A stretch of 64,000 nucleotides of DNA from a virus: the IMG/VR virus record IMGVR_UViG_3300035695_000001, positions 32,001-96,000 of that record. The stretch is one strand, 5' to 3'. The notes under the pieces are model-generated. The model ran no database searches. It saw nothing but the letters and a program-made list of their open reading frames with translations, and was not told where the DNA came from. Shown here one piece after another: positions 57,781 to 64,000 of the stretch; position 1 is the first letter of the stretch, and every line of letters begins with the position of its first letter. The position numbers were made by a program, and so were the translations under genes.

Positions 57781-58632
57781 GTCGTGCTTGGGCCAGCCGA
57801 TGTCGCGGATGACGGCGTGCGCGTTCGGCTGGTCGACCACCAGTTGCGTGACCAGCGTGGCAGCGACGCCAGGTACCTCCCCCTTCTCGCCGCGTGAGAA
57901 CTGGAACCGCACCGGCGACGAGTCGCCCACCCGGAGGTAGTTCAGGCAGACGTGGTCTGGTTGCAGGAGCACGATGATGCCCCGCGGGAACCGCTCGACG
58001 TTGGAGAGGCGCATGCCTACCTGCTGGAGCACCTTGCCGGCAGCGTCCATCGCGTCGGGGTTGCCCACGGCCAGCGTGGGAGCCGTACCGCTGGCGGTGA
58101 CGCAGTAGTTGACTGCCCGGGTCGCCAGCGCCGTCGTGAGGGGCCTCGGCACGCCGCCGTTGGCGAAAACGTTGGCGCTCCAGTGCGGGTAGGTCGATCG
58201 GCTGATGTTGGCGTAGACGGCGGTGGCGGCCAGCGCACCACCGAGCAGGCCGTAGATGGCCGGGTTGTGGTTCCGGTCGATCCCGTTCCCGACGTGGAGG
58301 TCGTCCTCGACGAGACGGGCCAGGGCTCCGAACACCTTGGTGACCCGCTCACGGAACCGCTCGGCGAGCGCTTCCCGCCCGTAGGTCTCCGCCGCGAGCA
58401 CGTCCTCCGCCGTGACCTGGAAGGCGGCCCGGTACATGCCCCACGGGAGGCACGCTTGCCCGGTCGGCCCGGTCACTCCATCGGGGCGTGCCTCCCAGTT
58501 GACGTTCTTGCCGTACCCTGGCCGCGCCTCCAAGGCGGCCATGAGGCTGTTCGGGCCGGCGTGCTTGGCTCCGAACTCGAAGTGGTAGGTGCTGGTGAGG
58601 GCTGAGGTGATCCTGGTGGCTGCGTCGTCCAT
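57775..58632 (-). CDS. truncated major capsid protein paralogue
   Basis: GKNV.W, DD...G.G.D.N.N....G.LGGAL.....YA.ISRSTYP.W..NV..NGG.PRPLT.AL, QL.V..PNA...I.DI shared with MCP. Confidence 0.9.
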   Translation of the reverse strand: MDDAATRITSALTSTYHFEFGAKHAGPNSLMAALEARPGYGKNVNWEARPDGVTGPTGQACLPWGMYRAAFQVTAEDVLAAETYGREALAERFRERVTKVFGALARLVEDDLHVGNGIDRNHNPAIYGLLGGALAATAVYANISRSTYPHWSANVFANGGVPRPLTTALATRAVNYCVTASGTAPTLAVGNPDAMDAAGKVLQQVGMRLSNVERFPRGIIVLLQPDHVCLNYLRVGDSSPVRFQFSRGEKGEVPGVAATLVTQLVVDQPNAHAVIRDIGWPKHDC

Positions 58633-58639
58633 CCCGTGA

Positions 58640-58669
58640 GTCTAGCAGTACCGACGCCTGCTAGACAGT
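58640..58669. promoter_or_regulatory. GTCTAGCA-N11-TGCTAGACAGT element
   Basis: Minus strand reads TGCTAGACT-CACGGG-ATG(58632). Confidence 0.75.
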
Positions 58670-58823
58670 GGTCGCAGCGGCTTGCCTCGTTTGGCAAAAG
58701 GGCTCGGTCGTCCACGCCTCGGTCGTCCGAGGCACCGGGCCGTGTATCCCGGTGCTTTTGGCGGGTGTCCCGCCCGGCGGGGTGGCTTGCTCGTCCAGAG
58801 CCCAGAGCACCTTAGCATGCTGC

Positions 58824-59123
58824 CTAGCAGGTGGTCGACGAGACCAACGTCCACGCCTCGATCTCAAAGCGGACCCCTGGCGGTGGGTCGTAGGCCCCGG
58901 CAGCGACGAGGAGGGCAGCCTGTGCGCGGGATGGTAGCGGGTCCGGGTCGGGTGGCTTCGGCTGGCGGGGGAGACGCGCGGGCAGGCGTTGAGCCTCCTG
59001 GCGAGGCATCGACGCGACGGCCTGGGCTGCCACACGGACGACGGCCCGACACCGACACCGGACGGCGCGGTCTGGCCGGCGGACCCGGACCCTGGTGAGG
59101 CAGGACTGGCAGACCTCGGGCAT
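58824..59123 (-). CDS. small Cys/Arg-rich hypothetical protein
   Basis: CQSC...CRC; ORF only. Confidence 0.35.
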   Translation of the reverse strand: MPEVCQSCLTRVRVRRPDRAVRCRCRAVVRVAAQAVASMPRQEAQRLPARLPRQPKPPDPDPLPSRAQAALLVAAGAYDPPPGVRFEIEAWTLVSSTTC

Positions 59124-59506
59124 GGGTCAGATCCTACCCATCCCCAACCCGGGCGGAAGGCGGTAGGAGTGGTGGGCGCTCTTAAGTGTGGGCGTGGCGA
59201 CGGACCCCCCTGAAGACTCGACGGCGTGCGCTGGTCGGGCAGGGAACCGGGCTCCCTCAACCCAGGCGGATGGCCAGCACCGAAAACGGCCAGACCCAAT
59301 GGGGGGTACGGGGGGCTCCGTTTCCCTTCTCCCTCTCCAGCGTGGGGGTGGGGCCCCAAGCTGTCTGCCTCCGGTTCTCCTCTCGGTCTGGGAGAGGGAT
59401 CAGAGAGGAAGAGCAGATCCGCTCTCACTGTGCTCCAACCTCCAGCGCGAACGTCCGGCGCGTCGCACACTTCGCTCGACCTGGCTAGGACCGAGGGAAA
59501 GGCCGG

Positions 59507-59761
59507 CTAGTCTTTCAGGGTGAAGCGCTGGACGCTGTCCACCGGCGGATGCTCGGGGTCGAAAGGGTGCTCTACCCGCTGCGGTAGGAGCCGCGGAGGG
59601 CCGACCGGCACGACACGGGACTTGGGGCACGGTCGCTGAGACGGCATGCGGACCGTCGGCGGGGCGGAGATCGGCCCCGAGGCAGGAGGTGCCTCGATGG
59701 CATCGGGGGAGGACGGGTCGATGCTTGCCACGGCCGCCAGCATGAACAAGCCAGCGCTCAG
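59507..59761 (-). CDS. small secreted/Pro-rich protein (start approximate)
   Basis: Hydrophobic N-terminus LSAGLFMLAAVAS. Confidence 0.4.
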   Translation of the reverse strand: MSAGLFMLAAVASIDPSSPDAIEAPPASGPISAPPTVRMPSQRPCPKSRVVPVGPPRLLPQRVEHPFDPEHPPVDSVQRFTLKD

Positions 59762-60237
59762 GTACATCGGGAGCCTCCCGGTTCCGGCGTGGTGCTGGTC
59801 GAGCCTGCCCACTGCACCTCGACGGCACCGATGACCACCCCGTCAGGCTTGGCGGGCTCCCTGCGGTCCACGCCGTAGAGGATCGCGAGGTCGTCCAGTT
59901 CTGGCCCCGTCGCGAGACACAGGTTGACGGCGCACAGCGATGGCATGAAGCCGGCCGTGGCCTTGTGCAGCATCCAGTAGACCTCGGAGCCCTTGCCGTA
60001 CTTGGCCTGGGCCTCCTCGCGCCGCTTCACGCGCTCCGGGTAGATGGCGTCGAGGACCCGGTCACGGAGCGCGGCGCTCGTCTCGCCAACCGTGGGGACG
60101 ATCCCCATCCCGCTGGCTTCGCGCTCGATCTCCCTGCGCTCGATCCACCTGCGCTCTCGGCGGTTGCGCGGGTACTCGAACTGCCAGTGGCCCGATGACC
60201 CCTTGCGGAACGGTCGGCGGTGCTTGTGCTGGCTCAT
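59758..60237 (-). CDS. protein containing baseplate-J-like fragments
   Basis: GKGSEVY...NLCLATGPELDDLAILYGVDRREPA versus J GVGSDCY...NPLTATGDDLIALAAVFGVAPRPA. Confidence 0.65.
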   Translation of the reverse strand: MSQHKHRRPFRKGSSGHWQFEYPRNRRERRWIERREIEREASGMGIVPTVGETSAALRDRVLDAIYPERVKRREEAQAKYGKGSEVYWMLHKATAGFMPSLCAVNLCLATGPELDDLAILYGVDRREPAKPDGVVIGAVEVQWAGSTSTTPEPGGSRCT

Positions 60238-60326
60238 CGACGACCCTCCGTGAAGATGATGGCGATGGCGCCCATGAGCAGGATGATGACGATGGACCAG
60301 AACCCGTAGTGGTGCGAGAGGCTCAT
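60234..60326 (-). CDS. 30-aa single-TM peptide (MSLSHHYGFWSIVIILLMGAIAIIFTEGRR)
   Basis: ATGA overlaps at both ends; below the ORF-track length cutoff. Confidence 0.6.
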   Translation of the reverse strand: MSLSHHYGFWSIVIILLMGAIAIIFTEGRR

Positions 60327-60556
60327 GTGATCACCTTGCCGAGCGCCTCGCCCAGCGTCTGCCCGCGGGTTGTCTGGTGGTGCCCGCCGCGGACGTTGCC
60401 CAGTTCTAGACGGGAGGCGTGCTCCTCGTAGACGTGAACCTGCACCGTGAAGGTGCCAGCCCCGTCGGGGTCATGTCCTCGCCGAAGGGACAGGGTCGCT
60501 AGCTCCCCGTCGTCCAACAGCCGGCGCACCCTGGCACCGATCTCTGCGTCGCTCAT
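60323..60556 (-). CDS. hypothetical protein
   Basis: ATGA-coupled. Confidence 0.6.
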   Translation of the reverse strand: MSDAEIGARVRRLLDDGELATLSLRRGHDPDGAGTFTVQVHVYEEHASRLELGNVRGGHHQTTRGQTLGEALGKVIT

Positions 60557-60714
60557 TGTGCCCTCAGCGCGGCGGGCAGGATCGACGTTGCCCAGCCGTA
60601 TTCGTTGAACTGGTACGGGCTGAACTTGTAGCCGCTCGCCATGCACGGACACCACTGGCGCCCGTGCTCGCAGAGCCAGATCACGCCGTAGCGGACGAGG
60701 ATCGAGCGCCTCAT
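60553..60714 (-). CDS. small Cys/His protein
   Basis: ATGA-coupled; CEHG...CPC. Confidence 0.5.
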   Translation of the reverse strand: MRRSILVRYGVIWLCEHGRQWCPCMASGYKFSPYQFNEYGWATSILPAALRAQ

Positions 60715-60929
60715 GCTGGCCCCAATCTCGGCGCGCCGACAGGCACCACGTTCAACGCGAACAGGGTCGACGACGTGGCCCCGCAGTCCCCCATACAGGC
60801 ATAGAGCGGCTCGACGGTGCCGGTCAGACGGATCTCCCCGCCGCAGGTACAGGCCAGATCCTGGACGGTACCGCAGACCTCGCGCTCTCGCTCTGTGGTT
60901 GCGAAACGCTTGACCTTTGCGCTGCTCAC
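60711..60929 (-). CDS. Zn-ribbon protein
   Basis: CTCGG...C..DCG. Confidence 0.55.
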   Translation of the reverse strand: MSSAKVKRFATTEREREVCGTVQDLACTCGGEIRLTGTVEPLYACMGDCGATSSTLFALNVVPVGAPRLGPA

Positions 60930-61171
60930 GCTGACTCCTTCGGCGGCACCTTGGAGATGACGATCTGATCGTCCACGACCGCGATCTGGACCTCGCTCCC
61001 ATTCCAGGTTGGCATGATGCGTTGGACCAGGAGACCGGCAGCAAGGTTGAGGCTGTCCTTGCGCGAGTACACCACCGGGTCGAAGTGGGACCCGTCGTCG
61101 TCGAGCGACTCCTGCTCGACCTTGAACTGCGCATCCTCGGTCATCCCGAGGCTCATTCGGACCTTGCTCAT
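60926..61171 (-). CDS. hypothetical protein
   Basis: ATGA-coupled. Confidence 0.6.
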   Translation of the reverse strand: MSKVRMSLGMTEDAQFKVEQESLDDDGSHFDPVVYSRKDSLNLAAGLLVQRIMPTWNGSEVQIAVVDDQIVISKVPPKESA

Positions 61172-61440
61172 TGCGGCCACCTTCCTGGCTTGACCATGTC
61201 GAGGACCATCTCCCACGCCTCCTGCTTGGCTTGCTTGTGTGGCGCCTTCATGTGGATGGCGGCGTGCCCGGTGATCGTCCGGATCGCCACCATGTTGGAG
61301 CCCTCGCATCCGCCGCAGTCGCAGAGCCGGACCACCAGGCTGGCGCTACCGTCTCGCTTCTTGAAGCGTCGGACGATCGCCCCCGGGACGTGGTCGCGGA
61401 AGTGCAGCGAGAGCAGGTAGACGTACTCGCGAGAGGTCAT
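61168..61440 (-). CDS. hypothetical protein
   Basis: ATGA-coupled; CDCGGC. Confidence 0.55.
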   Translation of the reverse strand: MTSREYVYLLSLHFRDHVPGAIVRRFKKRDGSASLVVRLCDCGGCEGSNMVAIRTITGHAAIHMKAPHKQAKQEAWEMVLDMVKPGRWPQ

Positions 61441-62345
61441 CGACGTCCGATCGCCACGATGGGCTCGCGACTGCTCACGAAGCCAGCGATGGGCGCGCCG
61501 GTCCCCCCGAAGTAGTAGACCCCCTCGCCGCTCCCACGCGAACTGGTCCTGATCTCCACCCCGCCGTCGGGACGGCCACGAACGCCGACAGGGGCGCCCA
61601 TGATGCCCTCGAAGACCACGTCGGGTACGAAGGCTGGACGCTCCGTGCTGCCGGCGAAGACAGCGAGAGGGCCTCCGTTGCCGGCGTCGGCCGGCGTCAG
61701 CGGGAGCGCCATCTGCGGGTTGGCGTCGGGCGAGACGGGAGAAGCCTCTGGCACCTCGTCGGACGCCGCCCCGGGGTGGTCGGTCTCCCGCTTGAGGGCG
61801 AGGTAGGCCCACGCCGCGATGGTGAGCAGGTCTTCTCGGCGAGGGAGAGGCTCGATGTCGGCGTCCGGGTCGTCTCGGAGGGCCTCGTCATCCTGGAACA
61901 TCTCGGCGGCGTTCCCGATGTTGTCGACCAGCACACCCAGACTCTCGGTCTTGCCGAGGCCGCTCCCGAGCCGCCGGGCCTCCGCCTCGATCTCGCCGTG
62001 GAGTGACGTGGTCGGCCCCGGCTCCAGCGCGATGGGCAGGGCGAGTTGGCCCCGCATGGTGCGGGCGTGCTCCTTCACCTCCCGGAGCATCTCCTGGGCG
62101 TAGTCGTCCCCGTTGTCCAGGCTCCGAGCCAGGACCAGGAAGGTCGCCTCGGACAGGTTCACCATCTCCAGCGTGCGCTTGCCCAGCAGCGTGGCCACGC
62201 CGAGGAGCGTCAGCCGGACCTGACTGGAAGCCGTCATCGAACCGGCCGCCTCGCAGAGCGCTGCCGAGGCCCGGAGCAGCCTCGCCTGTCCTGCCCGCTG
62301 GCAGCAGAGATCCCATCCGTCGTCCACCTTGTTCTGGTCGCTCAT
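61437..62345 (-). CDS. hypothetical protein with degenerate MazG-like helical segment
   Basis: EI.AE.RR...ESLGVLVDNIGNAAE...REDLL.IAA.A. Confidence 0.6.
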   Translation of the reverse strand: MSDQNKVDDGWDLCCQRAGQARLLRASAALCEAAGSMTASSQVRLTLLGVATLLGKRTLEMVNLSEATFLVLARSLDNGDDYAQEMLREVKEHARTMRGQLALPIALEPGPTTSLHGEIEAEARRLGSGLGKTESLGVLVDNIGNAAEMFQDDEALRDDPDADIEPLPRREDLLTIAAWAYLALKRETDHPGAASDEVPEASPVSPDANPQMALPLTPADAGNGGPLAVFAGSTERPAFVPDVVFEGIMGAPVGVRGRPDGGVEIRTSSRGSGEGVYYFGGTGAPIAGFVSSREPIVAIGRR

Positions 62346-62629
62346 CGTCGGCCTCCGAGGTCGATGCCGACCGGCTGGATGTCCTCAGCGATCTCTTCGA
62401 GGAACTTGAGCGCCGCGTGGAAGGCCGAATCGCCCTCCTGTCGCCACGATGCGACGCTATCCACGATCTCCCTGGCCAGTGCTTCGTCCGCAACTAGCGC
62501 TCGCCGGATAGCGTCCGCCGTGTCCTCGCCATCCCTGGCCTTCACCAGTCTCCTGACCTCGGCGTGCGCCTGCTCGCAAAGGCACCCCGGTCCGTGCCCT
62601 GCCCACTTACCGCTGGTCTTGTCGTCCAT
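62342..62629 (-). CDS. hypothetical protein
   Basis: GAGGA RBS; coupled. Confidence 0.6.
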   Translation of the reverse strand: MDDKTSGKWAGHGPGCLCEQAHAEVRRLVKARDGEDTADAIRRALVADEALAREIVDSVASWRQEGDSAFHAALKFLEEIAEDIQPVGIDLGGRR

Positions 62630-62847
62630 CACATCCTCGTCTCCTCTTGCCGTGCCACCGAGGCGTACGGCTCCCCGCTCTTGCCGTTGGTCCAGGTCGA
62701 CCCGCATCGGCCGCACTTGAACCTGGGACGCCCGTCGGCCGCAGGCGCCGCCATCCGGATGATGTCGGTGTGCCTGCACGACCCGCAGCACGTCTTGGTC
62801 CGGCGCGGTTCCTTGGCGGCTCGGCGTCGCCCCCTGCTCTTGCCCAT
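62629..62847 (-). CDS. Zn-ribbon protein
   Basis: CCGSC...FKCGRCG..W; apparently leaderless after TGCTAGACAGT. Confidence 0.6.
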   Translation of the reverse strand: MGKSRGRRRAAKEPRRTKTCCGSCRHTDIIRMAAPAADGRPRFKCGRCGSTWTNGKSGEPYASVARQEETRM

Positions 62848-62851
62848 CCGC

Positions 62852-62889
62852 ACTGTCTAGCACAAGGTCGTCCGGTTGTGCTAGACAGT
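62852..62889. promoter_or_regulatory. ACTGTCTAGCA-N16-TGCTAGACAGT element, divergent region
   Basis: Perfect inverted arms. Confidence 0.8.
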
Positions 62890-62958
62890 GGACCGAGAGA
62901 GCGGGCCGGCACCGGCGAGAAGGGTCGCCAGCACCAGGCCCGACGTGGAGTCTACCTC

Positions 62959-63333
62959 ATGGGACAGATGACGTATGCGGTGATGCTCGGCGTGAAGAAG
63001 GCCCCTCCGGCAAAGCTGAAAGAGGGCTGGCACAGCCTGGTGGAGGGCTACTCTCGTGAGAACAGCAAGGATGGCCCCACCCCCGACACGCCTCACGGGG
63101 ATGGCGATCATGAGATCCTCGGTTTCTTCGTCGCGGTGGGCGCCAGCGGGCACGACTTCGCGCCGGACCTCGTGAACTTCCCACTGAAGGACTTCGGCAA
63201 GCAGGAAGACTACAAGGGGTACCTGGCTGCATGCCGCAGGTCGTGGAAGCGCTTCGCTGCGTGGTGCGAGAGCAACCACAAGATCACGCTGGGCGAGCCC
63301 ATCCTCTACCTGGTCCAGACCGAGGTCGGCTGA
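62959..63333 (+). CDS. hypothetical protein
   Basis: GGAG RBS before MGQMTY. Confidence 0.7.
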   Translation: MGQMTYAVMLGVKKAPPAKLKEGWHSLVEGYSRENSKDGPTPDTPHGDGDHEILGFFVAVGASGHDFAPDLVNFPLKDFGKQEDYKGYLAACRRSWKRFAAWCESNHKITLGEPILYLVQTEVG

Positions 63334-63334
63334 C

Positions 63335-63673
63335 ATGGCGACCAACATCCCGGCAGGCGCAGAGGTGACGCTCACGATCCGGCTGACCGTGGGCCCATGG
63401 ACCCCATGCGACGAGGGCTACGAGCGGCGGTGGTCCGGTCCGGTCGCCAAGGACGGTTCCCAGCCCGCGGCTGCCCGCGTGACGAAGAAGGCGATGCCGT
63501 GGCCGTTCAAGCCGCGGTGGGAGTGGAGCGCTGGCGATCCCTACAGCGATGAGTGGATCGAGGAAGGCGAGACGAAGGGTGCCGGTCCTGATGACGCGAT
63601 GGCTGTGGCCGACGCCGCCCTCAAGCAGATCGTGGCCGACATCGAAGGCGAGCCGCCCACGGCGCCTGTCTAG
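63335..63673 (+). CDS. hypothetical protein
   Basis: GAGG RBS; follows upstream stop. Confidence 0.7.
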   Translation: MATNIPAGAEVTLTIRLTVGPWTPCDEGYERRWSGPVAKDGSQPAAARVTKKAMPWPFKPRWEWSAGDPYSDEWIEEGETKGAGPDDAMAVADAALKQIVADIEGEPPTAPV

Positions 63674-63721
63674 CACCCGCCAGCACTGTCTAGCACTGGC
63701 CCCCCAGGTCTGCTAGACAGT
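63666..63721. promoter_or_regulatory. three-site cluster CTGTCTAGCA / ACTGTCTAGCA-N15-TGCTAGACAGT
   Basis: Immediately upstream of ATG 63728. Confidence 0.8.
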
Positions 63722-63727
63722 GACCTC

Positions 63728-64000
63728 ATGCCCACCCCAAAGAAGCCAGCCAAGCAGCCACGATCCTCCGAGCCGACCGAGACGGTGGAGCCCTCGTCCA
63801 GGGCCCCCGTCGAGCGGAAGAGCCCCATGCTGGCCACCACGGTCTCCAAGGAGGTCTACAACGCCGTCCAGGAGGCCATGGAGGAGCACGGGCTCAAGCG
63901 GTCCGTCGTAGTCGACAACGGGCTCCGGATCGGCCTCGGGCTCGGGGCAGGGCCGGAGGGGTGGAAGATCCCCATGCCCCCAGGCTTCAAGGCGCTGGCC
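63728..64000 (+). CDS. ribbon-helix-helix (CopG/Arc-like) DNA-binding protein, runs off window
   Basis: MLATTVSKEVYNAVQEAMEEHGLKRSVVVDNGLRIGL fits a beta-helix-G-helix pattern. Confidence 0.6.
   Translation, partial: MPTPKKPAKQPRSSEPTETVEPSSRAPVERKSPMLATTVSKEVYNAVQEAMEEHGLKRSVVVDNGLRIGLGLGAGPEGWKIPMPPGFKALA

Noticed and set aside
58661-59470. 269-aa minus-strand ORF as a real gene
   Set aside because: Pro/Arg/Ser-rich low-information translation, no RBS, overlaps a regulatory element

Overview
The whole window is part of one GC-rich tailed phage or prophage genome; both ends run on into phage-like genes, and no host genes, integrase, rRNA, tRNA or CRISPR array were recognised. The minus strand carries a contractile-tail morphogenesis module with a Mu-like baseplate: portal, scaffold, HK97-fold major capsid protein (MCP), neck, sheath, tube, chaperones, tape measure, DNA-circularisation protein, hub, spike, wedge proteins and fibres (about 19.2-48.3 kb). 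The large terminase is displaced to 54.8-56.8 kb and a lysis/envelope cluster lies at 6.6-10.5 kb. Accessory genes include MmcB-like, UDG-like, ATP-grasp, DHH, NUDIX, SLOG, HicB-like, DGQHR/ParB, Dps-like and papain-fold proteins. Cys-rich lipoproteins of myxobacterial style suggest a Myxococcota host (inference). The standout observation is that the phage encodes diverged copies of its own structural proteins outside the structural operon. An 844-aa protein (10611-13145) joins copies of the MCP, the post-MCP protein, the tail tube, the DNA-circularisation N-domain and possibly the tape-measure N-terminus. There is also a stand-alone third MCP copy (57775-58632) and a baseplate-J-like fragment (59758-60237). 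The capsid and tube copies specifically lack the predicted polymerisation loops, and both capsid-copy genes sit downstream of a recurrent TCTAGCA...TGCTAGAC element. This pattern suggests a structural-decoy (anti-defence) or poison-subunit (anti-competitor) system. All assignments come from motif recognition and by-eye alignment; no searches were run.
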